Below are positions 45,371-55,258 of a stretch of 64,000 bases of DNA, in pieces. The DNA is from Vulcanimicrobiota bacterium (GTDB lineage Bacteria > Vulcanimicrobiota > Vulcanimicrobiia > Vulcanimicrobiales > Vulcanimicrobiaceae): positions 32,268 to 96,267 of the forward strand of contig CAWIZU010000008.1 in assembly GCA_963840635.1 (NCBI GenBank). Reading direction: 5' to 3'. The position numbers were made by a program, and so were the translations under genes. Below the pieces are notes generated by a model. The model was given only the letters and a program-made list of their open reading frames with translations, was not told the origin of the DNA and did no database searches. The stretch's first letter is position 1; each line of letters begins with the position of its first letter.

Positions 45371-45389
45371 GCCTGACCTGGAGTCAGGC
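45371..45389 (+). other. perfect 7-bp hairpin after purA
   Basis: GCCTGAC-CTGGA-GTCAGGC followed by TTCTCCC. The T tract is weak, so it is at best a weak terminator. Confidence 0.35.
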
Positions 45390-45461
45390 TTCTCCCTCAC
45401 CGGGCAAGGAGGTCCGGTGCTGCATGCCACGGTTGGCGCGGAGAATTAGGTACATATAGGC

Positions 45462-47141
45462 GTGGAGCGTTTTAGCTCGCTTTGGTCAGAATTTGCCGGC
45501 CGAATATGCGGGTTTTTGGCAAAACCAAAATCGCCAGACCCGAACGATCGTAGTCGCTGGACTCGCGGTTGTTCTTGTCGGGCTGCTCGCATTGGGGTGG
45601 CTCTACTTTGGTCACGGCCCCAGCTATTCGGTGCTCTTTAGCGAACCTTTCTCCTGAAGATGCGCAGGCCGTTACACAACATTTAAAAGATGATAAGGTT
45701 CCGTACAAGCTCTCGACGGACGGGAAGACCGTTTACGTCCCCGATGCGAACCTCTCCGACGAACGGGTAGCGATCGCCGGCTCGGGCACTCATCAAGGGC
45801 GGGTCGACCGGCTACGAGCTCTTCGACCGGACGAACTTCGGCATGACCGACTTCCAGGAGAAGCTCGATAAGACGCGCGCAGTTGAGGGAGAACTCGAGC
45901 GTACGATCGATGGGCTCGACCCGGTCGAGTCGTCGCGCGTGAACATTGCGACGCCCGACCAGTCGCTCTACACCACGACCCAAGTGCCGACCACCGCGTC
46001 GATCGCCATCAAGACGAAGCCCGGCGCAACGCTCGATGCCGGCGAAGTCAAGGGCATCACGATGCTCGTTGCCAACGCGGTCGACGGGCTCAAGCCGGAA
46101 AACGTCACGATCGTCAATCAAGACGGCCAGATTCTCTTGCCGGGTCCAGGTGGGACGGCCGGCGACGCGAGCACAACGTCGGCCGATGCGCTCAAGCTGA
46201 CGCAAGAGCAGCTGATCGCCAAACAGCGCTACGAATCGTCGCTGCAACAGAGTATCCAGTCGATGCTCGATGACACGCTCGGGAAACACCGGGCGGTCGC
46301 GCGCGTGTCGACCAAAATGAATTTCGACGCGAACTCAACCGAGAGCAAAATCTACGCGCCGCAGGGCACGGTACTCTCGAATCAATCCGAACGCGAATCG
46401 TATGTCGGCACGCAGCCGGCGCGCAACGGGGCGCAAGGCGTGCCGGGCACGACTAGCAACATCGGCACGTATCAAGCGCAGGCGCAGCAGGCCAACGGCC
46501 GGTACAATCGTTCGAAGTCGACAACGAACTACGACATCACCGAGCAGAACACTAAGCACATCGACGCACCGGGCAAAGTACTGCAGACCAGCGTCGCGGT
46601 GCTGGTCGACTCCAATGCGCAGGCGGCAAATACGGCCGGCGCAGTCGCCGTTGCTAACGCACAACAGTATCAACTTTCGCCGGCAAACGTGCAGCAGATC
46701 CGCAACGCCGTTATCGCCGCAGGCGATTTGAACGTCGGGCAGGGCGATCAGGTTTCCGTCGAAGCGATTCCGTTCAATCCGTCGGTCGAAAACGTCAACG
46801 CGCCATCGGCCGTCACGACAACGCTGCTCGGCATTCCGGTCTGGGCATTGGCCGCGGTTCTCGGTGTAGCAGTGTTGGCCGGTGTCGGCCTACTCGTCTC
46901 ACGCTCGCGCCGCAGCCGCTTCGCGCCTTCAGCAGAACTGCCGTCGTTCGACACCTCGCTCGCAGAAGAGTTGCCGCCGTTCGAAGAGCACCCGATCCTC
47001 GAGGGCGCGCCCGGGATCGCAGCACCGATACGTTCCGCAGCCGATCTGACGCGCGAGCAGATGATCGAGTACGTCACGACCGTCGCGCAAGAAAACCCCG
47101 ACAGCATTGCCAAGCTCGTCAAACTCTGGCTAGCGGAGTAG
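45462..47141 (+). pseudogene. fliF: flagellar MS-ring protein FliF, two to three frame switches in the first 330 nt
   Basis: The sequence reads (V)ERFSSLWSEFAGRICGF | WQNQNRQTRTIVVAGLAVVLVGLLALGWLYFGHGPSYSVLFS | NLSPEDAQAVTQHLKDDKVPYKLSTDGKTVYVPDANLSDERVAIAGSG | LIKGGSTGYELFDRTNFGMTDFQEKLDKTRAVEGELERTI... and then the intact ORF 45843..47141 with a C-terminal TM helix and FliG-binding tail. Switches are at the T5 run 45513-45517 (only if the GTG start is used), and at about 45643 and 45788. Confidence 0.85.
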
Positions 47142-47153
47142 GAGAGGCGAACC

Positions 47154-48235
47154 TTGGAATCACCGATCGTCAATCTCGCCGGCCTCGGCAATCTGCCGGA
47201 ACCATCGCCGATCACCGGCCTTCCCGAACACCCGCAGATCGAGATCTCCGGACCGGAGAAGGCCGCAATCTTGATGATCACGCTTGGGCTCGAGCTCTCG
47301 TCGACGATCTTCAAGTTCTTGCGGCAAGACGAAGTCGAGCGGATCGTGCTCGAGATCGCCAAGATCACGACCGTTCCGATCGAGAAGCGCGACGCCGTTA
47401 TTCAAGAGGCGTATCAACGCGCGATCGCGCTCAAGTACATCAACGAAGGCGGCATCGAGTACGCCAAGGAGATCCTCGAGCGTAGCTTCGGTGCGGGCCA
47501 AGCCGACGACATGACGACGCGGCTGTTCGCCGCGCTCAAGCACGGCAACCCGCTCGAGCTCGATCAAGAAGACCGAACCCGCGCAGCTGCTGCAGTTCAT
47601 CCAAGATGAACATCCGCAAACGATTGCCTGATCCTCGTGTACATGCAGCCCGAGCAGGCGGGCGCCGTGCTCTCGCACTCCCGCCCGATCTCCAGGCCGA
47701 AGTGGCGATGCGCATCGCGATTCTCCAGAAGACCGCGCCCGAAGTGCTCGAGCAACTCGACGAATTGCTCGGACGCCGTCTACTGGTCAGCGGAGCGGAT
47801 TTCGCCAAGGCTGGTGGCGTGCAGTCGCTTGCCAACGTCATGAACTTCGTCGACCGCGAGACCGAGAAGAACATTCTCGACGGCTTGGCCAAGCGCGATC
47901 CCGAACTCGCGCAAGAAGTCAAGAACCTGCTCTTCGTGTTCGAAGATATCATCAATCTCGACGATCGCTCGATCCAGCGCGTGCTCAAGGAAGTCGACGG
48001 CAAGGACCTTGCGCTTGCGCTCAAGGTCGCAAACGAAGATCTGCTCGTGCGCGTCTACAAGAACATGTCGTCGCGTGCATCGGCCATGCTTAAGGAAGAG
48101 ATCGAGTTGCTCGGACCGACGCGCATGCGCGACGTCGGCAAGGCGCAGCAGCAGATCGTCGACGTCATCCGTACGCTCGAGGAAAATGGACAGATCGTCA
48201 TCGCGCGCGGCGCGAAGGACGAACGTCTCGTTTAG
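47154..48235 (+). pseudogene. fliG: flagellar motor switch protein FliG, three frame switches within 120 nt
   Basis: The sequence reads ...ISGPEKAAILMITLG...RLFAALKHGNPLEL | IKKTEPAQLLQFIQDEHPQTIA | LILVYMQPEQAGAVLSH | LPPDLQAEVAMRIAILQKTAPEVLEQL...VFEDIINLDDRSIQRVLKEV...MLKEEIELLGPTRMRDV...*. Switches are at about 47562, 47627 and 47678. Confidence 0.9.
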
Positions 48236-48239
48236 CGCT

Positions 48240-49101
48240 GTGGGCAAAATCGTAAAATCGGCGCGCTTTGTCGACGCAAAATACGTCGTCGAAGTGCCGC
48301 ATGCGCGAGCAGCATGGCGACGCCGAAGCAGTGCGCGAGCTCGATGCGCATCCGACTGTGCGGGTTGCGGCACCGTCCACCAACGGGCATACCGAGCGGA
48401 TCACGTTACCGCCGCAGCCTAAAGTAGATTGGGAGCAGCTGCGCAGCGACGCCGAGGCGATCGTCGATCGCGCCGCGGGCGACGCGGAGAGCCTCGTGCG
48501 ACAGGCGGAGCATAAAGCACTCGATCTCGTACAAGCTGCGAACGCCCGCATAGGCAAACTCGAGGAAGACGCGCGCGAAGCGGGTCACGAGCAAGGCTAC
48601 ACCGCGGGCAAAACCGCGGGAGAAGACGAGCTTGCTCCGGTGATCGAAACGATTCGCGAGCTCATCGCGAGCGTTAAGGCACAACGTAGCGCCGTGATCG
48701 CGTCCGCAGAGCCGGAGCTCGTGCGACTAGCAATGGCCATCGCCGAGCGCGTCGTGCACATGGAACTGCAGACGAATCCCAACGTCATCGTCGAGAACGT
48801 GCGAGAATCGCTTACGCGGCTGGTGAGCCGCGAGGTCGTGACGCTTCGCGTCAATCCCATCGATCTCGATACGATTCGCCAGCATCGCGACGAGATCGTA
48901 GCTGCGGGCGACGTCGAGCACCTCCGCATCGTTGAAGATCAGCGCGTCGACCGCGGTGGCGTTATGGTCGAGACCGACGCCGGGACGATCGATTCGAAGA
49001 TCGCAACCCAGTTGCGGGAAGCGCGTCGCGCGATCTTGAGCGACGACGAAATCGCACTCGGTGAGGCGGAGGCGATCGCGTCTCCCGCCCAAGCCAGTTA
49101 G
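48240..49101 (+). pseudogene. fliH: flagellar assembly protein FliH; N terminus probably in another frame
   Basis: ORF 48268..49101 carries the FliH coiled coil and C-terminal domain (...LVRLAMAIAERVVHMEL...VTLRVNPIDLDTI...GGVMVETDAGTIDSKIATQL). A FliH-like N terminus VGKIVKSARFVDAKYVVEVPH starts at GTG 48240, 5 nt after the fliG stop. It joins the main frame at about 48303. Alternatively, translation starts at ATG 48301. Confidence 0.75.
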
Positions 49102-49113
49102 CGCGTAACGGCG

Positions 49114-50430
49114 ATGGAAGCCGAAGTTTTTTCCGCCGAGCCCTATCTCGAGGCGCTGCGCGGTGCCGATTTGGTGCGGCAGTACGGCAAGGTTCGCCAA
49201 GTCATCGGCGTTGTGATCGAAAGTTTAGGACCGAACATGGCAGTCGGCGAGACGTGTTCGATCTCGTACAAGCGTACTGCGCAGCCGGTGTTGGCCGAAG
49301 TCGTCGGCTTCCGCGACAACAAAGTCTTGATCATGCCGCTCGGCGAGTTGATGGGCATCGGTGCCGGCAGCGACGTCGTCGCACACGGAGCGCCGCTCGA
49401 GATCGGTGTAACCGATCATCTGCTTGGCCGTGTACTCGGTGGACTCGGCCGCCCGATCGACGGTAAAGGCACCATCGTTGCGGACAATCGCGCAGTCGTG
49501 ACCGCGGCGCCCCCGCCGCCGCTCTCGCGCCGGCGGGTGACGGAACCGTTATCGCTGGGTATTCGGGCAATCGACGGCATGTTGACTTGCGGCAAAGGTC
49601 AGCGCGTCGGTATCTTTGCAGGTTCGGGTGTCGGCAAGTCGACGATTCTCGGCATGATTGCGCGCAACACGACCGCTGACGTCAACGTGATTGCGCTCGT
49701 CGGTGAGCGCGGCAAGGAAGTGCGCGATTTCATCGAGCGCGATCTTGGCGAGGAGGGTCTTCGGCGCAGCGTCGTCATCGTATCGACGAGCGACCAACCG
49801 GCGCTGGTGCGCATCAAGGCCGCCTTCGTCGCGATGACCATCGCGGAGTACTTCCGCGATCAAGGTCTCGACGTGATGTTCATGATGGATTCCGTAACGC
49901 GTTTTGCGATGGCGCAGCGCGAAGTGGGCCTTGCGATCGGCGAACCGACGACGACGCGCGGCTACACGCCGTCCGTCTTTGCGCTCTTGCCCAAGTTGTT
50001 GGAGCGCGCCGGCACGTCGCAGCGCGGCACAATCACCGGACTCTTCGCGGTCTTGGTCGATGGCGACGACATGATGGAACCTGTCGCGGATTCCGTGCGC
50101 TCGATTCTTGACGGTCACATCGTGCTCTCGCGTCAGCTCGCAGCCGCGAACCACTACCCGGCGATCGACGTGCTGCAGAGCGTGAGCCGCGTGATGCCGG
50201 ACGTGGTTGATGCCAATCAATATTCGGCTGCCTCGGCCGTGCGCGACGTGCTCGCGACGTACAAAGACGCCGAGGATTTGATCAATATCGGTGCCTACGT
50301 TCCGGGCAGCAACCCGCGCGTTGACTTTGCGCTCTCAAAGATCGAGGGCGTCCGGCACTTCTTGCGTCAGGGTATTTATGAAACGAGCTCGCACGAGCAG
50401 ACGCTCGCGAAGCTGATGAGTGTGACGTGA
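49114..50430 (+). CDS. fliI: flagellum-specific ATPase FliI
   Basis: 438-aa intact ORF. Walker A is GIFAGSGVGKST. Walker B is VMFMMDSVTRFAMAQRE. Confidence 0.95.
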   Translation: MEAEVFSAEPYLEALRGADLVRQYGKVRQVIGVVIESLGPNMAVGETCSISYKRTAQPVLAEVVGFRDNKVLIMPLGELMGIGAGSDVVAHGAPLEIGVTDHLLGRVLGGLGRPIDGKGTIVADNRAVVTAAPPPPLSRRRVTEPLSLGIRAIDGMLTCGKGQRVGIFAGSGVGKSTILGMIARNTTADVNVIALVGERGKEVRDFIERDLGEEGLRRSVVIVSTSDQPALVRIKAAFVAMTIAEYFRDQGLDVMFMMDSVTRFAMAQREVGLAIGEPTTTRGYTPSVFALLPKLLERAGTSQRGTITGLFAVLVDGDDMMEPVADSVRSILDGHIVLSRQLAAANHYPAIDVLQSVSRVMPDVVDANQYSAASAVRDVLATYKDAEDLINIGAYVPGSNPRVDFALSKIEGVRHFLRQGIYETSSHEQTLAKLMSVT

Positions 50431-50882
50431 AGAAGTTCGCCTTTGCGCTCCAGCCGGTGCTCGATCATCGCAAGCGGATCGAGGATGAAAAGCAGCTCGT
50501 CGTCGCGCAGCGCAAACGCGCCCTCGACGAAGCCGAGCGCGAGCTCGAGCGCCTCAACGATGAGTTTCGTCGTCATTCGGCGATGCTGCGTGACAGCCAC
50601 AAGAAGCTCGAGACGCGTGAATTGCAAAGTATCTACGCCCACCTGCAGTTCCTCGATCGCTGCATCGTCGCGCAGATTCGTATCGTCGCCGATCGCCGCG
50701 TGGCGCTTGACCGCGCGCGCGAGGAACTGCTCGAGGCGAGCAGAGAGAAGAAGGTCGTCGAGAAGTTGAAGGAGCGTCGTCGCGAGGCTTTTGTCTTAGA
50801 GGGCCAGCGTATCGAGCAAAAAGAACTCGACGACAGTAATGCCCGCCGGTTCGGCCGGGCGCAAATAGGAGGTTCGCCGTGA
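50427..50882 (+). CDS. fliJ: flagellar export chaperone FliJ
   Basis: 151-aa coiled-coil ORF MKKFAFALQPVLDHRKRIEDEKQ... immediately after fliI, with an ATGA-type overlap. Confidence 0.8.
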   Translation: MKKFAFALQPVLDHRKRIEDEKQLVVAQRKRALDEAERELERLNDEFRRHSAMLRDSHKKLETRELQSIYAHLQFLDRCIVAQIRIVADRRVALDRAREELLEASREKKVVEKLKERRREAFVLEGQRIEQKELDDSNARRFGRAQIGGSP

Positions 50883-51532
50883 TCGTTACCCGCCGGCGGC
50901 GCAAGCCGTTTCCGTGGAAGCGATTGATTCTTCCCGCGATCGCCATTGCGCTCGTGGTCTTTGCGTTCGTATGGGCGCCCTCGCGCGGCGTCATTACCGG
51001 CGGCCCGTTGCAGCCGGTGCTCCAAAATCTTGGGGCTCGCTTCGATACGATCGCGGCGCCGTTCCACTTCGCGGTACAGAACCAGGTCATTACCGATCGC
51101 AACAAGCAGATCGTGCAGCTGCAATCGCAGGTCACTGACCTTCAGAATCAGAGTACGGCCAAAGATAAGCAGATAAGCTCGCTCAACACGAAGATCAGCC
51201 AGCTGCAAACCGCAGCTGCGAGTTCGGGTAGCGGTGCGGCACCCGCGGCGAGCGCGGCGCCCGCGACTGCCGGCGCGAGCAATCCGGCGGCTGCGAGCGG
51301 CGGCAGCAGCGACAACGCAGCAGATGCAACGCAAGATATGCGACGCACCGCGCAAGTGTGGGCAAACATGCAACCCGAGAATGCGGCAAAGGTCATTCAG
51401 AAGCTTCCGGTACCCTACGTAGCGCGCGTGCTTGCATTGATGTCGCCTGATGACGCAGGTTCTATTCTGGATGCCGTGCCGCCGGCGTTTGCTGCGCAAC
51501 TGACGCAGGAGAATCCAACGCTCAAGCGGTAA
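50879..51532 (+). CDS. YlxF/MotE-like protein (N-terminal TM helix, coiled coil, MgtE_N-like C-terminal motif)
   Basis: 217-aa ORF with a TM helix (LILPAIAIALVVFAFVW) and a coiled coil (IVQLQSQVTDLQNQSTAKDKQISSLNTKISQLQ). The C terminus is MQPENAAKVIQKLPVPYVARVLALMSPDDAGSILDAV. Its position matches ylxF of the Bacillus fla/che operon. Confidence 0.65.
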   Translation: MIVTRRRRKPFPWKRLILPAIAIALVVFAFVWAPSRGVITGGPLQPVLQNLGARFDTIAAPFHFAVQNQVITDRNKQIVQLQSQVTDLQNQSTAKDKQISSLNTKISQLQTAAASSGSGAAPAASAAPATAGASNPAAASGGSSDNAADATQDMRRTAQVWANMQPENAAKVIQKLPVPYVARVLALMSPDDAGSILDAVPPAFAAQLTQENPTLKR

Positions 51533-51542
51533 ACGCGGCCTC

Positions 51543-52871
51543 TTGATCGTCCGCACACGCACGCTTCCCGCCGACGTTCTCTCACCGATCGGCGCGTATC
51601 TCGCGCTCGCGACCGCGGGCGCGTCGTGTCTGCTCGAAAGCGTCGAGCACGGCGGTAAAATCTCGCGTTACTCGTTTGTCGGACTCGATTATCTCGCGGC
51701 CGAGTCATTTGACGCCTCGCCGGATCTCCTCGACAACGTCCGCGCATTGGTCGCGGCGCACCGTCCTGCGGATGACGCAAGTGGCTGGGGCGGCGCGTTG
51801 GTAGCATTTGCATACGATGCCGCGCGGCCGTTCGCGCGTTTACCCGATCGCGCGCAAGACCCACCCGCGATGCCCGCGGCCTACGTCGCCGTGCCGGCGA
51901 CCTGGCTGATCTTCGACCACCTGACGCACTCGTTGATTCTGTGGGGATGCGGTGTCAGCGTCGCGGACGTCGACGCGCGACTCGAAGGTTATATCGCACG
52001 CCTCGAAGCACAGGCGCCGCAATTTGCCCGCCCCGTGCGCGCATCCGAAAAGCCGCACGTGTCGATGGATCGCGCGACCTACCTGGAAAAAGTGTCGCGC
52101 GTCAAAGCGCACATCTACGACGGCGACGTCTATCAGCTACAACTCGGCATTCGCTTCGATGCGGCCCTCGAGGGTGAACCATTCGATCTCTATCGCGCAC
52201 TGCGCCGGCGCAATCCATCGCCGTACATGTTCTACGTCGATGGACCGTTCGGAACGATCTTGGGAGCCTCGCCCGAGTTCTTAGTCCGGCTGGAGGGGCG
52301 CAAGGCACGCATTCGTCCGCTCGCCGGCACGCGCTCGCGCGGGAGCGACGACGAAGAAGACGCGCAAGTTGCGCGCGAGCTCCTGGCTAACGAAAAGGAA
52401 CGCGCCGAGCACGTAATGCTGGTCGACCTTGGCCGCAACGATCTCGGCATGGTGTGCCAATATGGTTCGGTTGTCGTGGATGAGCTCTTAGCGATCGAAC
52501 GCTACAGCCACGTCATGCACATCGTTTCCGATTTGGTCGGCACGTTGCGCCCGGAATGCGATGGGCTCGATCTCTTTCGCGCCGGCTTCCCGGCCGGCAC
52601 CGTCACGGGTACGCCCAAGGTCCGTGCGATGCAGCTGATCGACGAACTCGAGCCGGTAACACGCGGCTTCTACGCGGGAAGCGTCGGTCGCTGGTCGTTC
52701 GGCGGCGACTTCGATTCGTGTATCACGTTGCGCAGTTTGCACGTGCAGAACGGACGCGTCTACTGGCAGGCGTCCGCCGGCATCGTGGCCGACAGCGATC
52801 CCGAAGCGGAGTACGATGAGGTACTGCACAAGACAGGTATTGCGCGCGAGATGCTGGGGGTAGATTTGTGA
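51543..52871 (+). CDS. trpE: anthranilate synthase component I-type chorismate-utilising enzyme
   Basis: 442-aa intact ORF with CLLESVEHGGKISRYSF (LLES motif), GDVYQLQL, NPSPYMFY, IRPLAGTRSRG (Ala, not the PabB Lys, before GT), EHVMLVDLGRNDLG and GFYAGSVG. Confidence 0.85.
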   Translation: MIVRTRTLPADVLSPIGAYLALATAGASCLLESVEHGGKISRYSFVGLDYLAAESFDASPDLLDNVRALVAAHRPADDASGWGGALVAFAYDAARPFARLPDRAQDPPAMPAAYVAVPATWLIFDHLTHSLILWGCGVSVADVDARLEGYIARLEAQAPQFARPVRASEKPHVSMDRATYLEKVSRVKAHIYDGDVYQLQLGIRFDAALEGEPFDLYRALRRRNPSPYMFYVDGPFGTILGASPEFLVRLEGRKARIRPLAGTRSRGSDDEEDAQVARELLANEKERAEHVMLVDLGRNDLGMVCQYGSVVVDELLAIERYSHVMHIVSDLVGTLRPECDGLDLFRAGFPAGTVTGTPKVRAMQLIDELEPVTRGFYAGSVGRWSFGGDFDSCITLRSLHVQNGRVYWQASAGIVADSDPEAEYDEVLHKTGIAREMLGVDL

Positions 52872-53470
52872 GCGCGAACGTTCTCTTCATCGATAACTAC
52901 GACAGCTTCACGTACAACGTCGTGCACCTGCTCGCCGCCCAGGGTGCTCCACCCTCGGTGATTCTCAACGACGATCCGCAGCTCGAGCCGTCGCTGCTCG
53001 ACGACTATCGCATGCTGGTCGTCGGCCCTGGACCCGGCAATCCGTCGGAGCAAGCGCGGATGATGCGCGTGCTGCGCGCGGCCATCGACCGCGGCATGCC
53101 GGTCTTTGGCCTCTGCCTGGGCCTGCAAGCAATCGGCGAGGCGCTCGGGGCAAGCGTGACCCACGCGCCCTCGCAGATGCATGGGAAGACCAGCCGGATC
53201 GAGCACGACGGGACCGGGGTCTTCGCCGGGCTGCCGTCGCCGCTCGTCGCGACCCGCTACCACTCGCTGTGCCTGGACGCTGCGACCCTCCCGGGGTCAT
53301 TGCACATCAGCGCGCGGAGCTCCGACGGAGTCGTCCAGGGCATCGCCCATCGCCATCTCCCCGTTCACGGCGTCCAATTCCACCCCGAATCGGTCCTGAG
53401 CGAGCACGGCGGCCGGATTCTGCGCTCGATGCTGACCATCGCCGGCGTCGGGCAGCGCGCCACCGTCTAG
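52868..53470 (+). CDS. trpG: anthranilate/aminodeoxychorismate synthase glutamine amidotransferase component II
   Basis: 200-aa ORF with IDNYDSFTYN, GLCLGLQAIGEALG (catalytic Cys) and GVQFHPES. It overlaps trpE by 4 nt. Confidence 0.9.
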   Translation: MSANVLFIDNYDSFTYNVVHLLAAQGAPPSVILNDDPQLEPSLLDDYRMLVVGPGPGNPSEQARMMRVLRAAIDRGMPVFGLCLGLQAIGEALGASVTHAPSQMHGKTSRIEHDGTGVFAGLPSPLVATRYHSLCLDAATLPGSLHISARSSDGVVQGIAHRHLPVHGVQFHPESVLSEHGGRILRSMLTIAGVGQRATV

Positions 53471-53472
53471 CC

Positions 53473-53500
53473 TAAACCTGGGTCGGCCCCGGGCCGAATA
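53473..53500 (+). promoter_or_regulatory. weaker sigma-28-like motif upstream of fliK
   Basis: TAAA (53473-53476), 16-nt spacer, GCCGAATA (53493-53500). It lies in the 111-nt gap between trpG and fliK. Confidence 0.3.
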
Positions 53501-53581
53501 TCTTAAATGAGGGCATCCCGGCCGTGCTCTTGGTTTTGCCTTTGGGGCCGAGTTTGAAGAAAGGAGGTGAATGAAATAAGC

Positions 53582-55249
53582 ATGCTTTCCATCGCATCGG
53601 TGCTTCCGGCCACAACTGCACATCAGGCCACCGGCAGCACGACGCACGCGAGCGGTAAAGGCAAGGGCGCAACACATTGGGCGTCGTTGTTCGGAACCAC
53701 ACTCGCAAACGCAAGCGGAACATCTTCGTCATCGTCGTCAAGCACGACGAACGCAGACCTGCTCGCGCAAATCACGTCGATGTTGCAAAACGGAACACCG
53801 ATGGCAACGATCGTCGACCAGCTCGCCCAGAATATCGGCACGTCGGCAGCAAATCTGCTCAAAGGCCAATACTCTGCAAGCGACCTCGATCGACTACGCA
53901 ATAGCATCACACAAACGATCGCGAACGCGCTCTCGCCACCAGGTAATGGGCCGCCAGGGAACGCCGCTCAACAAGCGGACGCCCTCGCAGCTCGATTACG
54001 AAGTCTAGTCGAGACAATCGCGAGGGATGCACAAAACGGTACAGGGCAGCAGAACGAAATCGCGGGAAACATCTTGGACGCCAACTCGGCGAAAGAACTC
54101 CCGGCCCAACCAACAGGAACCAACGGAACAGCGAGTACGCTCGATGTCTCGTCGGTTGTTCGTTCGCTTCTCGCTTCGGTGGTTGCGGCGCAGAGCGCGC
54201 CCGCGTCCAACGTAGCACCAGCCGTACGTCCATCTCCGTCGCCCGTGCAATCGAGCACGGCGGCGTCGACCCCGGTACAACTCGCAACGCAGCAGATCAT
54301 GAGTCCAGTCGCAACGGACGCGCAGAACGCGCCGCAAGGCACCGCTCCGTCAACACTGGCGAATGCTCTGTTGAATCAAGCAGCTGCAAACGCAGTTGGC
54401 TCGCAGCAAAACATCTCGATGTCGAATTCTCCCGACCTGCTCGCACGAATGCTCGTGCGCGCCGCGGGCGCCGACTCCCAGGTGAACGTTGACGCAGCTT
54501 CTGCGGGTGCGGACAACGCGGCCGCGACCGGCGCCCCGGCGCTCGTCCCGTCCACGTCGGCACTCACACCCACCATGCTCGCGGCAAAATTTGCTGCGAT
54601 GCTGGCGGACGTTGATGCCGGTGCCGTCAGCGCGAGTTCATCTTCATCCAACACGTCAACCAACAGCAACTCGGGACATACGTTCGGGCAAGACCTCGCG
54701 CATCAAACGCCCTCGGGCGCTAACCTCGCGAGTCTGATCGCGCCGCCAAGCGCAAACCTCGGTTCGCAAGTGCAAAGTGCCTTGCAGTCGAGCGGCAACG
54801 GCAGCACGGTTGACGCGAACCAGGTTATCGAGCAAATGCTCAGTGGGATGACGATGCGCACGCTCGCCCAAGGGACCTCGGAGATTCGGTTGCAGTTGCA
54901 ACCGGAGAACCTCGGTCAGGTGACGATGCGCCTCACGGTAAGCGGAAACCAAGTCACTGCCAACGTCATCGCGCAAAGCGCTGACGTTCGCAACGCGATC
55001 GTTGCCAATCATCAGGACCTCGCGCGCTCGCTCTCCGAAGCCGGGTTGACCCTTTCGGGTTTCTCGGTTGACGTTTCAGGCGGCGACGCGGGCAAAGATC
55101 AAAGTAAGGATGGTACCGCCGGTTTCGGGCGCCGCTATGTCGTTCATGAGTTGAACGGCACGACGACGGCCGACGCCAGCGAAACCTCGAATCCCGGACC
55201 CTCGCTGTTGAGTGGTTCAGGGCTCGAGCTTTTCAACTCCCTCGCATAG
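53582..55249 (+). CDS. fliK: flagellar hook-length control protein FliK
   Basis: ORF 53567..55249, with ATG 53582 preferred after AAAGGAGG. The N-terminal two thirds are low-complexity S/A/T/Q. The C-terminal Flg_hook domain is EIRLQLQPENLGQVTMRLTVSGNQVTANVIAQSADVRNAIVANHQDLARSLSEAGLTLSGFSV. Confidence 0.85.
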   Translation: MLSIASVLPATTAHQATGSTTHASGKGKGATHWASLFGTTLANASGTSSSSSSSTTNADLLAQITSMLQNGTPMATIVDQLAQNIGTSAANLLKGQYSASDLDRLRNSITQTIANALSPPGNGPPGNAAQQADALAARLRSLVETIARDAQNGTGQQNEIAGNILDANSAKELPAQPTGTNGTASTLDVSSVVRSLLASVVAAQSAPASNVAPAVRPSPSPVQSSTAASTPVQLATQQIMSPVATDAQNAPQGTAPSTLANALLNQAAANAVGSQQNISMSNSPDLLARMLVRAAGADSQVNVDAASAGADNAAATGAPALVPSTSALTPTMLAAKFAAMLADVDAGAVSASSSSSNTSTNSNSGHTFGQDLAHQTPSGANLASLIAPPSANLGSQVQSALQSSGNGSTVDANQVIEQMLSGMTMRTLAQGTSEIRLQLQPENLGQVTMRLTVSGNQVTANVIAQSADVRNAIVANHQDLARSLSEAGLTLSGFSVDVSGGDAGKDQSKDGTAGFGRRYVVHELNGTTTADASETSNPGPSLLSGSGLELFNSLA

Positions 55250-55258
55250 GAGGAACTA

